Position numbers and translations under genes: made by a program. Source: Tubiluchus corallicola (Eukaryota > Animalia > Priapulida). Taken from it: a stretch of DNA of 64,000 nt. A model generated the notes under the pieces. That model saw only the letters and a program-made list of their open reading frames with translations, did no database searches and was not told the DNA's origin. The stretch spans positions 267,887 through 331,886 of the forward strand of contig JAQGDQ010000248.1 in NCBI GenBank assembly GCA_030141605.1. The letters run 5' to 3'. Every line of letters starts with the position of its first letter. Positions within the stretch are counted from its first letter, which is position 1. Positions 37,988-53,174 of the stretch are shown here, piece by piece.

Positions 37988-38553
37988 TTAAAGGATCAGT
38001 CTCAAACTATAACTCAAGAATATTGAAAGGGGAACATGCTATTTTTTCAAGAACTGCTTACGTGAAAAAAATTTTACCACTGAAATGTAAGTTCGCGCTC
38101 GCGCGGCTAGTTCTTCGCTGTTGCATGTTTTTCGCCATTCGTTATTTAGATGGGCACTAGCGTCTGCATCTCGGAAACGCGTTGTCCAAAAAAGCAGGTG
38201 CTGTAGCTCTCAGTTCAGGGGCGTTCAGTTGCGACGTAGTACACATGTTTGAGGCATTTGAAATTTGACGAATTTTTGTATATCACTCTGAATGTTGTTC
38301 AGTAGCACTTTACTTCTATTTTCGGTTCATATACGCGCAACACGATCATGGAATGTGTGTGCTGTTGAAAAATATGTCTAGTTGTGATGCCATCACTAGT
38401 TCATTGACTCGTCTACCATTAATTAAGTTTTTAGCGTATAATTTAATTATCCGAAACGTTTTGGCGTTATTATTGTGTGTTTTAAAAAATGTATGCGTTT
38501 TATTGCACTTCAAAATGGGTTAAGACATGAAATATTATCGTGTTTTAATTTAA
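37988..38553 (-). mobile_element. Family A element
   Basis: TTAAAGG start, shared internal motifs, ends in TTAA. Confidence 0.7.
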
Positions 38554-41500
38554 GTAATGCGGTTTTTAGAAGTGTCAGAGCAGTAAATTTATATGAACAA
38601 GAATTGGCGCTTTGAAGGAAAACTGTGTATAAATTGTACAGCCCCGTAGAGTAGAGCAGTATCTAATAATTTGCTTTGGCTGAAATTTTAGCCAGCGCTT
38701 TTCCTCAAGGAACAAGATAATTATTCTAAACTGATCAGTGAGCAGATTCATTCATAACGATTTAATGCAGTCTAGTTGATAAATTGAATCACTAACACCT
38801 GCTGCCATTTTGTCAACGCTGCGCAATATGGGTGCATAAACGATTTACGCAGTTTCTTTATAAACGACACAGCAAACGTTTTTAATAAGAAATCAATAAA
38901 GATTAATATCTTGTATCTTTGGCGCCCGTGATTTCTTGAAGGCGAAGCCAGCATTAATTTAGCGGCTCTGGCGAAAAACGCTGCATGTCTAGGAGAAATC
39001 TGGCACATTTCCTGAACTGTGGCGGGAAATAAAGTTGTTGAAACTGCAATAATTTCTGCTTTTAGCCTGTCTTTTTTCCTAAATCAGCGGTATTATGCAA
39101 ACAGCATAATAGTCATAAAATACTATTAAAAATCTACGTTTTTCAACTGACATGTTGTGCAATGCAGCATATGATATGAAACATAATGTCATCAGTATCG
39201 CTTTGAGCAACGTTAGCGTTGGAATCAAAAGATATTTAGCACTAATTTTACATGCCAAAATGGAGCCATTTGGCTTCATAAAGACAACTTTCGCACAAGG
39301 TTAACTATTATCTTATCTTAGGAATAGAACTTAGGAATAGTTCGAATTTAAGAACTAATCTAGCATAAGTAAATCATGAAAATTATCTCCTGTGCGATGG
39401 AACTCAAACTACACGGCTCTTTCTTTATAGATCTGTTGATTTCAGAACGTTGTCTAATTCAGAGATACTTCATCAAAGTAGACATCAGTCTCGCAGCTTC
39501 AACACTTGACCTCAATGACTCTTTAAGTCTTAGCAGTGGCTAAGACAGTGACAGACCGAATTAATGACGTGCGTACTTACGTGCACATCAATAGCCATTA
39601 AATGATCAAGCTACCAAGACTCTATATTAGGTCCAGAATGATTATATTCTAAGCGGTTTGTTTAATTATTGATAAAATAAGGCACAGTGACCAAGGTATC
39701 CTGTAATTCTCCTTATGACATTATAAGTCTCGGCGGAGAAGCCGCAGATTAAATATAATGTGAATGAGTCTTTAATGGGCTGGCATGAAGCCTAGTATCG
39801 AGGGACATATTGTGCAGTTTGCACGAGCAAACTTTGCCTCTGTGACCGACCGGCCATTAAATCATCATAATCTTCGCTGAGAAGCCACAGATAATGAACG
39901 CCGTTGTTATACAAACGCATTGTATACAATGGTGCACAGGTAGAACTAGCAAGAACGAAAAAAACTACAATATCGGGTGAAATTTAATTAAAGGAAAGGT
40001 CAAACCTTCTGGGAAGTTAGTCTTGTTTCAATACTCGTGAAAAATGTTAGAAGGATTTAGTAATCAAAGTGTGAAAAGTGCCTCCTGTAATTAGTAAAAT
40101 CACTTTAAGGACGTGATCATTTTGAACGCCCATTCTTATTTATTTCATTTTAATCAGGGTTCATTGTTACACGGTTCATACCAAAATGTTTTAACAACTT
40201 ATGCGCAGGCACTACCGGCTTACTATATTTAACAACTGTTAGTAGTAGTAGTAGTACCTAACTCAACAATGAACAATATTTACAAAGTTATTATAGTTAC
40301 TTGGTATGAGGAGATACAAAAAGCAAAAGATGAATAGTTAAGTATTCAGCTTGCGTACCAAACTGGCTTATCACTAAACATGCATTAATTACCAACGACG
40401 TCGTTTGTTGACTGAAGAATAGCAGTGCATTGTAAGTTCCTGTCAAAAGTATAATAAGTTTTTAGAAAAAAAATTAAATGGCTAACTTTGTGATATTTTT
40501 GGATAACACTTAGGTAAGCTACAGAAGTTTGAATTATAGTTTAAGCAGCGCACGGTTACAGAAAGCCACGCAGTCAATCAATTAGTCATAATTTTCAAGT
40601 GAAAATTTCTGCACAGTGGTAGTACAAAACTACTTTTTGCCTTAGTTTTTTGCAAATTCCTTTGTTATATTTTTCTAAGTTTAAGTACTGTCAGTAAGAT
40701 AAATCCAACATGGTAGTGATTTGTCCTTTCCTTTAGCTTACATTTCAAGGGTAGGTGTTCAAGCTGATCCAATTTCTAGTTTCACTGAAGGTAGGATTAA
40801 ATCTACTGTTTTGTATGTCTTCGGAAACATCTTGGGGTTTACTGGGTAGAGCGAACAAAACTGAGTTTTTCAGCATAATTTCTTACTTTATTTGGCTTAC
40901 GTTGAAATTTACTCAGGTTTGATTTCGTGATTACTGTTTTGAAATAATGTCACAGCAAATGCACTCTCGTATGTTTTCCCTTTTAATGGATGTCGTCGCT
41001 TAGTGATGTGTTGTAGTTGAAAATTGCCTTTTATATAATAGTATAATTAGAGTAATTATCTAGATTATTACTTATTTATTTAGTTAACTTATTATCTTAT
41101 TAGTATTTATTTTCATTATGCGGACAATGGTGACGTTTGTACGTGTTGAAAATAAAATGTAGGTGCCTTGTACGGTGTGGCTAGGCCAACAGCATTTTCA
41201 ATGGTAAGGTAAAGTGCAGTTCACATATGGAAATGGTGAAGAAACTTGCATGATATGAGAGAGAGCTCCTCCGAGACTTCTCCTGTTTAACATGTATAAA
41301 ACGGGGGGACGAGTTAGTAACTCATGGGAATGAACTAAAAAAAAATTTCTTGTATCTAGGGGCTACGTATGAAAGTACTTGTGCGAGACGCATAATACGA
41401 TAATATCCTCTCAGGTTAGAAGCAAAGTCTATACAGCTGATGAGGTCCATTAGGTGAAGGTTCCTGAAATAAATAAATAAGCCATTATGAGACTTTTAAG

Positions 41501-42577
41501 TTCGTTCAGCGTTTCATTCACGTTCAACCTGCACAATATTCTTTCCAGAAGTTGTCCAGTTCCGGTTTAAATCTAGTATGGAGTTGCGGCGCTACATGTA
41601 GAAGAACAAGAGAAACTCACTAATTTATTGCTTTATGTTCCAAACTGGTTCTTATTCCTGTTCATTGTGAATTATTTGCAAACCATTTCCTAATGTTGAG
41701 GTTATCATACACAGTATACTTAATGGGAATAAATTTCATACTGTGCCTGTACTTATGACAGCGTCGAGACCAACGCAATTAAAGCGATTCTGTACGACCT
41801 ACATTATTACTGTGCGGCGAACATTTATATTTAAGCCTTATCCAATATTGCAACTGCTCCATGTAGTTTAAACATTGTTATTGCATATGCCTGCGCCAGT
41901 ATCAAAGTAGATAACTCATAGAGGTTCTAAGCTAATATTTGCATTAACTTTATTGCGAGAATCGCTAGGCGGTGGCTTTACAGAATGAAAAGGCCGCTGA
42001 AATGGTTTTTTGTGGCAAAAAGACACATCTTGCTATCGTGAAAATAGACACACCTTACTATGATGGCGTGCAATGTAATTACAACTACAAACGGTTGCGG
42101 CTCATACTTTGAACTAGGAGAATGTGGACTTATATTGCAATTACGCGCTCTTTTGTGGCATAGTAAATAGTGTTAATTTGGTAATGTATCGATTGGTAAT
42201 AGCAACATGGCAATAGCTTGCGGCGACGACACAGCAATTACTTGACAGAAAGGAAATATAAGATCATAATAAGTTTCAAATAAACATGCTTACAATTATC
42301 ATCCAGTCGGCAGATATATCTCGACACAAAATGCAATTTACAGATTTATCAACTTTTTTTACAACTGCAGCGCTAAACTGCAATGTTTTAGAGCTATACA
42401 GAAAAAAATTCTGAAACGATTTTTAATCCATGCATGCAAGAAAAAAACTTAATACAATAATGGCAAATAGATTTCAACAACAACTTAAACGTGCAACTAT
42501 AACATCATTTTTATTTTCTAATTTTGAATATTCGGCATCTCTTATTTTCTTAGAATATAAAAAAGGCGAGTTATAAA

Positions 42578-42939
<362 letters not shown>

Positions 42940-44052
42940 AAAGCGCTTCTTGTAGCGCTAGATGAAGTTTATACTCACTTGTGTTTGGTTAGAAATGCAA
43001 GACATCTAATACTTTTGCAAATTTTGAAGCTTTTATGCATACAGTATAATTTATCAATCACTTTCTGTGTTTCCAACTTTGCAATGTGTTAAACAATTAC
43101 TATGTGTGAACGTCAGTAATTTCGTATTTTAGTATTGCCTGAATGACGAAGTGTTATATTTAAATGGGAAGAAAAGGTTGTTTTAAAGTACATCCAGAAA
43201 ACTGGTAAAATAACATATTTTTAGCCTTATCGAACAAGATATAGAAATTTATACTTTTGCTCAGTTAGTGAAATGTGCGCTACGTATGCTCTCGCTATTT
43301 TTCAAACTTTACGCAGGGTTACGTAATTTTATTTTCTTATTGCGTAACTATTTCAGACAGGTAAGCGTAATGTTAAGTAATGTAACTTTGCGTGGAAAGT
43401 TGTTTAGAATATATGACTCCCAAATTAAGTTTTCTTCATTTTCCAGCATCACCTAATGAAAGCGAAAACGATGCAATAAATCCATCTACTGCGCTGAATC
43501 TTGTGTCAATATTATTTAACTTTTAAAACCTAAACTTCAAGGTTGAAAGTACGCTTACCAATGCAAACGAATTGTTAAAGCAAATCACAACTGCAAAGCG
43601 ACAGATTTTAATTTTCAATTGAAGACCTTTGTTTACACGCATTTGCTAAACGTGTCACAGAAGTCTTTGGGTTTATCTTTGGTTTAATTTCCTGTTTCAG
43701 TGAGTAATTTCGAACAGACTAGCCGAGAGTTTTCAGATTTAACGAGTAAATTAGCTGTAGATCGATCGGCGGCGGTTTATTCATTAAATTCGTTATAGTG
43801 AATAGAGACGAACTGTTTTGCTAGTTTCTCTGTGAATGGAAATCAATCGTTTTGTCACTTTAGTGCTAAAAACACAATTTGAAGTAACCAGCAGCATAAA
43901 TGTACGGTTCTTTAAACAAACACAAAAACAGGGTGGACAATTAACAAATACTTGTAGGACCTTGAGGTCGCAGGATACGTCGAGCCCCATCACCCTATAG
44001 CGTCTAACATCGAAACATAAAAAACAACTAACGAAACACTAATCAAGTGCAC

Positions 44053-44053
44053 T

Positions 44054-44087
<34 letters not shown>

Positions 44088-44228
44088 ATAGCAATAAGCA
44101 ACAGCAACAGCAACAGCAACAGCAAATAGCAACAGCAACAGCAAATAGCAATAAAGTTTTTATCAGTGATTATCAATGTTTTTAATGGCAAATAAAGATT
44201 ATTATATATATATATATATATATATATA
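44053..44228. repeat. (CAGCAA)n repeat followed by (TA)n
   Basis: Directly visible. Confidence 0.9.
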
Positions 44229-44631
44229 AGCAAGCAAGCAACAAAAAGCAGAACTCAGGTTTACATCAGAGACCAATTTTTCAAGTGGGTTATTGTTGTA
44301 AAAATTAGGTAATATGCGTATGATCACAAACCCCACATACAAGAGAGATTTGCAAACTTTTTTTCGTACATCCATTTCCAATAGAAACTTCGCGTAGCCC
44401 ACAGTAGAACTTTATTTTAAAACTTGTTCGACACATAAGTCTATACAAAATTTCTGGATGACAGATACTCATCATATTTCATTTGCCCGCATCGAACGTG
44501 AAATTTGGTCGCTGCATTTACGAACCCTCAGCTTCTATGACATGCAACAATTAACCGCCCGCATAAAATACAAAAACTATACTTCGCATTACTTGAAACC
44601 AGCATTAATTTACTAATACTCACCTACCGAT

Positions 44632-45030
44632 ACTCATTCATTGATTATTTGTCCTAATTATTTAAAATTATTGTTGAAAGCTTTTAAATCTCTTAGAAAA
44701 TATTATTGTTTGAATAATGAAAATTACAAATTGCAACACCTGAGCGAAGGTCATATCGTCTTGCACGAAGCATTTCTTAGCAATCTAGTACCTCAATATT
44801 TAGTTTTATTTTTAGTTTCATTAATTGACTAAACATAACAATAAAACTAAAAATAAAACTAAATATTAAAGTACTAGATTGCTAAGAAATGCTTCGTGCA
44901 AGACGATATGACCTTCGCTGAGGTGTTGCAATTTGTAATTTTCATTATTCAAACAATAATATTTTCTAAGAGATTTAAAAGCTTTCAACAATAATTTTAT
45001 ATAATTAGGACAAATAATCAATGAATGAGT
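44632..45030. repeat. Long near-perfect inverted repeat (191-bp arms, 17-nt loop)
   Basis: 44632-44822 is the reverse complement of 44840-45030, with about 5 mismatches counted by eye. Confidence 0.93.
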
Positions 45031-45262
45031 TCTTTACTATATCCATTTTATCTTCCGTAGCAGTTTTTCTAAAATTCATTACAAGCATATACAATAAAAA
45101 TATACAAAAATGAAATATTTTAATTTAATCGGACATTTTATTTTATTTTATTTTTAGTCATTTATAAAACACAAGAGTTGGTGTAACTAGAGTTAAACGC
45201 ATTTTGCTGTTCACCTACCGAGGTTTTTGGTGGCGTTCGTATTTTGAAGCATCTCGTACACA

Positions 45263-45740
45263 TTAAGGAAAGCAATGATGATTTTTCATATCCTACCCCA
45301 CTTTGAAGTACAATAAAAGATATATATTTTAATACCTACAAAAATACCAAAGCGTTTCTTATAATTAAATAATAGGTTAAAAACTTAATTAACGTCGTGA
45401 AAGCCAAGCTAGTGATGACGTCACACAAGTGAACATAATTTTCAACAGCACACACGTTCTATGAGCGTGCTGCACATGTTTGCAAAAGCGAAAATTTAAG
45501 TACAATGCTACTGTACAAATGAGTGCGATATACAAAAACTCGCCAAATTTTATGTTTAAAGTTCAAATTCCAAGTTTAGTGTGGTACTGACGCATGAGCA
45601 CTCGAACATGTGCAGTACGTCGCAACTGAACATTTCTGAATAGAGTTATAGTCTTTGTTTTTGCACAACGCATTTCCAAGATCTAGGCGCTAGTGTCCAT
45701 CTACTAATGAATGGCTAAGTGCATGTAACAGCAAAGAACT
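45263..45740 (+). mobile_element. Family A element, one end truncated
   Basis: TTAAGGAAAGCAATGATGATTTTTCATATCCTACCCC and shared internal motifs. Confidence 0.7.
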
Positions 45741-47175
45741 CGAGTCCCATTTTCTTTTGAGTGTTTACTACTGACAATTTTTGATACCGCTATTCTGAAA
45801 TTTCCTTCCAAACAGTAAACTGTTCATTGCATTTCAATTTCTTAGCCCCCTGGTCAAAGTCAAAGCCCTTTATCTTGAGGAAGCCTACCAGAAGTCTTTA
45901 GTCGCAGCTGACTATTCTTTGCTTAACTTGTGAACCGTGCAAATGCAGTATATCCGTAGTGATTAGCCTTATATTCTAATTACGCTGATCAATCAAGACG
46001 TTCAATCAATCATGGCCGAACACAGCTAACTTCACTAAACATGCTAGGCTAAGAGCAAAATGGTGATGATGATAATAATGTATTGGAGCGCAATTGTGCA
46101 ATTCGTATGTAGGTGAACGCACTGGATGGATTGCTACCACCGTTTGAATTACATGCGGGAGGGCGAGGGTTCAATGCCATATTTGAATCACAGCAGAAAC
46201 TTGAAAAATTGGTACCGGCTTGACTGTCGAAGTTCTATTAGGGTAATCAGGCTTAAACAGATTTTTTTATAAATCATGGATTTACACGTATTTGTGAGAA
46301 ACAAGCTACTAACAACAATCAGACGTCTGATTTAGGCAATTCAAAATAGAAATTAATTTTGTAGCAAACTGGAAATACGAATTTAACAGGGATTTTACAA
46401 AAGATATCGAAGGTATTTTATGTTTTACATCTGAGGTACGTATCATTTTGTTAGTGAAAATGTCATGATAGTTTGCATGTAATGACCTTGTGATCTTATA
46501 AATAAGTTTCCCTAATAAATTATAAACTATAAATAATAATTACTATTAGGTTGCCATAGTTAGTTATTTTTAGTCGACGATATAAGCTCCTGAGGTCATA
46601 TTCATTATGGCGACATTATTATCATTATTATTAGGTGCTCATCTGGATCTAGTGCAATGAGCTATTTGAAAATCGTCACGTATATAGGGTACTTTGTCTA
46701 CTGGATTTCTGGCATTATTGTCTGACTAATTTACTGTCTTACAAAACAGCTAGAAACCAATTTCAAGTAACTTTCGGCATTGTTTATGTCACTCTTTTCT
46801 GTAGCTTATTTAGCTAGAATCAGTGACTTGTCAATTTCGTCTTCGTTTCTCGTTGCTTTAATTCTTTTTTAGAAGTACCTCAATGTTTGAGTCTCAAAGA
46901 ACGATATTTGTTTCCGTGACTCATAACTACTGAGAAAACAGAAGTTATGAGCTCGCGTGCTAATAAAGGAATAAAAAATGAAGGTTTTTCCAATTCATTG
47001 TCAATTATAGTTGGGTTTAATGGTACTATATGCAATAGTTTGTCTTATACATAATGGTTTGTACTTATGAAGTTATTCCACTTTTCCACTTTCCTTGCTC
47101 TGCTGCGCGTCGTTGTTTAAGCCGATCATGCAACTTTGAGAAATACGACGCATGTTAATAAGCCAGTAGGGACAA

Positions 47176-47740
<565 letters not shown>

Positions 47741-49332
47741 ACTGCGTTGGACACACAGAGAGGGCAATGACGCATTTTGGTAGTAATGCGCTAAAGCCTG
47801 TAGCAAATAAGGCTAATAGTACCGTAAAATGACGGAGTGAAACTGCGACATGTATATTAAAACAGCTCAGAAAAATTTCAGTCTTTCACTTTGCTAAACA
47901 GTTAATTAATAATAACATAACATTATTATTGTTTTCGCTCATGGTCTTTTGATTTATTTATTTATTTGAATTTTCGTTTCTACTTCTACAAATTTTCTCT
48001 TCTCCGTAAAGACTAAACAGTTATGTGACGGCGATGTGCGGTACGTAGCCTATCTGCCGGCAGGCGCGATCATCTAGAGACCAAATCCAAACGAAAAAAG
48101 CAATCGGTGAGCCATCACAGGGTAGAACTATAACCAATAATAATCACAGATGGTCTACCTTTCTGACGTTTACCAAGACGTCTTCCTTCCTGTGGGTTCT
48201 CAAGTTTTGTACATAGTGCTGCCCGTCTTCTTGAACATGTTACTATTCCTTTAAATAAATTTGCCGTCTTCAACGTAACCTAGATATCGGAAAAGGCTAG
48301 AGGGAACATTAGAATTTCCCACACATGAAGAAAAATAGCGTACCACAAGCCTGGTGGCTTCTCGGAAGTGCAGCCAGCGTAGCGACATCTTTACAGAAAA
48401 ATTCGAAACTTTCAGAACGCACCATTATTTACCGTTGTGTATTAAATCAGCATGTGCAAAAGTTTCTTCACTGTGAGAAATTTAATTGCAAGAGCTGCCA
48501 GGCCCCTTTAAATACCGGCCGGTGCTGGATCTGCCATCATAAAGACAAAACACTCCCCGAAGCCATTTCTATTTGACAGTAGAAATAGCTTGGCTGACGA
48601 ATTAGTATCAGTGTCCCAGTGCACGAAGAACGACGTCAAGTTATACAAGAGACTATGCAGTTGAGTTTATCCGGTATTACAACCCAATTTAGATAGGTGT
48701 TCTCCGAGGACGCGTTCCATAAAATCCATTAGAGAGAAAATTGCTAAGCTAAATCGACGATTTGCTCCAAACGGACATGCGAAGTTTGCTTTTTCACTTG
48801 CGGGTGACCCACATTTGCCCAATTTCCCGAACGGTTTGGGTGCTGCCTCGGTTGTTTAATAACAATGATTTCTGCAGGAAACCCTAGGGCATTGCAGGGC
48901 TGACGAAACGATCATATTTTGCTGATGTCTTCGCTATAGTTTAACCACATACATACAGATCTAGTCGACGAAATTTTCATTTGAAAAAATTATACTTTCT
49001 TTAAACCTTCGGGTTTGCTACACTCTGATGAACGCACACTTATCTTTTTTTCTGCCAAGTCATAATGATGTCAACCTGGTAAGTGAAGAATTCCGACATA
49101 TAGCAATACTCCACTTCACTCAGTAAAACCTAGTTAACGCATTCTAACGTCACAGCAGTTTTGGATGATTTTTGTTATTCCCTGGCGAGGCGATATCGTG
49201 TCACATGAACTATGAACTAGGCAATTGTGAATGATGGACAGACGAGAAATGTCCAACGCTTTATGCACTGGGCTACAAACCCAAGTCATTAAGATAATAT
49301 GCGACATGTGACTGACAGGTGAATGTAAGTGT

Positions 49333-49402
49333 GGTCAGTATCAAGCAAACCCGTGTTTCGCCTCACAGGTCAGTATCAAGCAAATCCGTGTTTCGCCTCA
49401 CA
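49333..49402. repeat. 35-bp tandem duplication
   Basis: GGTCAGTATCAAGCAAA(C/T)CCGTGTTTCGCCTCACA x2. Confidence 0.9.
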
Positions 49403-49448
49403 CTCAGCAAATGAATGTTTCGTCGCGTAGTTACACACATATCGCTAT

Positions 49449-49899
49449 CAAACGGGAAGAAAGGGGAATTTTAAAGTATATCCCAAAGAACTTTCCACAC
49501 AAAGTTATGTTACTTAGCAACACGTTTACATGTTTAAAAGACGTATGTAAATGGAAAAGAAAATTTAAAAATTAACAATTTAAAATGTTCGCACCAATTA
49601 GAAAAACTTACTGTATCACCACAGTGTGCACCAATGGCTTATAAAATAACATTATTTGATCTTATTGACATTATAAAAAATTTGTGATTTTTCTCAGTGA
49701 CGTGTGCTTTACGCTATGTTATCTAAAGTTGTTTCAAACGACTTACAGTTAGAAGACTGAGCCTAACGGTCATCTCGGAATTTTATATTTACAAAATTGC
49801 GAATTCAAGCTCTATATGCAATAAGACAGCACATAAATAATACAAAATTTCAAGACGAATTTTTAAGATTTATTTGTGAAGAGTGTTTTTGAGCTTTAA
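49449..49899 (+). mobile_element. Family B element
   Basis: Collinear with the 15548 copy; ends GAGCTTTAA. Confidence 0.7.
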
Positions 49900-51692
49900 T
49901 CTATGATTCTGACAATTCAGGACACAATAGGCAGAAAACTAGTTTCCCCGTAAGAAGTACTTCTACTTTTCATAATCTTGCAGAGGCACCTCTCCCCTTC
50001 TGTGTAGGTTCAAACACCTTCCCAGGGCTTATATGTGGTGTGACAAGGCAGCTGACCTGGCCAGTACAAAAGCGTGCAGAGTCACTATAGCTTTGATTTC
50101 TGACGCATGCGCTCCTCGGCCTATTGTATCTTAGTGCTGTTAGCTACTTTAGTTAGAGTTTTTTGGGGTATATTGTTTCCTCTTTTGTTTATAAAAGTGA
50201 TGATAAAAAACTTGCAATAATGTTATTTTAGTGTTCCGCTTTATGTATGTTAGACGACACTACAGATGTTACGTAGTCATTGCCTAAGTGTTTTATTATT
50301 AAGACAACATTGGTAGTTTAAGAATTTCACAAGATTTCATCAATTAAATAAGTAATTACATTATCAGAAGAGCAACTATACAAATGGATCATCATAATGC
50401 GAGATTAAAAAGCCGCCAGTGGAATTCGACCAATTGACTTCCAGAGTCAAGTCAAATCCAGTCCAGTATTATAGTTCCCTGCACACAATGGGAACAACTA
50501 AATGAGAATTAACAATTATAGTTTCTCGTTGCATTCAACCCATCATTTATTTGTATTCTAATCAATAGGAAGTGGACGTAAATGCAAAACTAATATTGAC
50601 TTTGTGGGCTCATCAAACAGCATTCGCCAGAATAGTGTAAGTGCTTGGCAATCATGTACGTTAAGATGATGCGAGTATAATGCGGTCAAGCGAATGTCCA
50701 CGACTATGATGCGACGGCATCTCATCATCCGCGCACTGTACCAATATAACGGGTATCGCAATGACCATTCTTCATGTCAGCCTGGTGGAATATGTCATCC
50801 TGTCATCGATTAAGCCCCCAAGCTTCACTTTCTGTTTGTAGGACAATGGCGTAACGATATACCCGCACTCGAGTCACTCACAGTTTACAGCGGAAGAGAA
50901 TTAATTGGCTTCCAGTGTAATTGATGCTCAATGACATTTTAAAATGGAACAACGTAACTCGAAACTTGTCTCTTTACAGCTCGTTCAAATCAGTGGAAAA
51001 TATTTCATTTATTAGCAAACTGTACAGTTTTTTAGCGCAGCATCGAGGTCATAATAACGTCCACACTTTACTGCAAGAAGGGGGTTATCGCAATAGGCCT
51101 AATTGCACAACGGATCTATGACAGGCCTTTCCAATATTTGTAATCATTAAGTTTCTTATAATTAAGATTCATAAAAAAATCCCAAAATAATATGAGTCGA
51201 AGAAATATAAAAATTGTCATTAAGTTTTTTTGATACACGTAGTAAATAACCTAGTTTTATATTTAGCTATAAAAGAGGCTAATTAAGTAATTATCTCTAA
51301 GTTTTCGTGATGACTATGATGTGGCTATAATGTAGTTGCATAGTTATATCGGGAGGCGACAAAAATGTGCATAAAATTTCAACTTCAACTTTGAAACAAG
51401 TGTCCTACAAAGTTGATATTTCACAGCATAATGTTACAATACACTAACTTTAGGCCGCGGAATTACAAATTTATTGTTTTAGTAGATTTTGAGCTTTCGT
51501 CGAAAAACTTTTGCATGTTAAAGATTTAGATACCGAAACAGTGTCAGCTAATCATCAACTGAAAAACAGCAATGTTGACATATAAAACACCCAAAACATG
51601 AGAGCAAAACAAAAGACGTATCAACTAGTTTACATCATGGCTGTTACTACAGAAAATAAAGCCCTGATAAAGATTTGTTAGCAAGAGAAAAA

Positions 51693-52085
51693 TCGGATTT
51701 AATCCTCTGGATTACAGTATCCTGAATTTCCTTTAAAAGATAGTGTACAATGGAGGCACAGAGCTGTTTGACTAAAGGCAAAAGTACCAGATACATCTGA
51801 AAAAAGTGAGAAACTGTCAGCTGTTGGAAGAAACGCCTTCGTCTAGTTTGCAGTGAAAATGATGGACACATGGAGCACTTGCTGTAAATTTTCCAGCATT
51901 TATTTTTTTAGCTTGTTGATTTATAACTTCTGTATCTCTGAAAAAATCTAAGGGAATAACTTAAAATTTTTGGAGTTTATATTTAAGTGTGTGTAACATT
52001 AGTGTGGTAATTTTCAAGCGATTCTATTATTTTCTTCTCATAATGTCGCGATCAAAACCTCGGCATATTTTTTGCGCCACCTTAT
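51693..52085 (+). pseudogene. Tc1/mariner (DDxD-type) transposase C-terminal remnant plus right TIR
   Basis: Frameshifted SD(L)NPLDYSI..L*KIVYNG at 51693; WKKRLRLVCSENDGHMEHLL* at 51825-51887; terminus TTTTTTGCGCCACCTTATA. Confidence 0.8.
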
Positions 52086-53174
52086 AGCGAAAAACACAAT
52101 AAGGTGTTGCACGTGACTTTCTCTGAAGAAGAAAAATTGGCTGAGCAAGAAAGCGTACTAAAAGCAGACTCTTGCTGCCTCTGTATGTACAGTAGCTACA
52201 TCATAAATCTTTCGCCACTTGTTTCCGTTCAAATAGAGCGTCTATACATCGACCGTCAATCAATTACGTTAAAACAGAGCATTTTTGACATGGGTGGCAA
52301 AGGCTTTCTGACAAAGTACAAAAGTAGAGCGGCAAAATTTACTAAATGCATTAGAGTGTTTGTCTGCAATCCTATATCCAAGCTTCTGGTTGCCCCCAGA
52401 CAGAAAGATAATTTCAGATTATATTATGCGTTTCTAAATTTCTAAATTTGAATAGTTGAGAAGATATCATCACATCATTAATTATTCGTTTCTGTATTAT
52501 TGGTTAATGACAGATGTAACTTTAGGTCCCTTATGAGTTTAGACAACTCGTTTTGTACGTCATTACGAAGCTGTTTATGGCTTCAATTGAGAAATTCCCG
52601 AGCTTTTATATTCTTGCTGCAACCTGTCGAGCGCCTGGCGGGTAACCCGCGTTTGCGGAAATCCAAACGAGCTGAAGCACCGCATGATGACGTCATTCGT
52701 TCGCGTGCGACGTCAATACAAGGTGACACGGAGGCGCTTTATTGTAACGAATAGATAAGACTGTCAGGTCTGACTATGTAACTTGGCTGAGTCTGTGTGA
52801 TTGTAAAGCTTGCTTAAACGAATTACGCTCATCGTTTATAAGACGATGTGACAAGCAAACAAAAGCAACACATGCGGTTACGTAGTTAGCTACTGTATAC
52901 TAAATAGCCATTTATTTATAAGACGTCCCTGCTTGCCATTTCATCAATAACACCTAATAGTCATCTACATTAACGAAACAATTGCCACAGTACGTGAATG
53001 TAAGTTGCAAAGCGATATATTTTCAAAATATCACTAAAGGCTTGTATAAATTTTGATGTGTTTTAGTGAATGACTGTATTTTAAAAACTGGCAAAAGGTA
53101 TTATATCATAATTTCAGGTTGCAAATTTTTATGTCAAGGTGTTTTGAATATGTACAGTTTTTGTTAGTAATTTT

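Noticed and set aside
50660-50770. LINE endonuclease-like motif on the minus strand (PSHHSRGHSLDRII)
   Set aside because: A single short motif with no supporting neighbouring motifs; it cannot be supported without a search.
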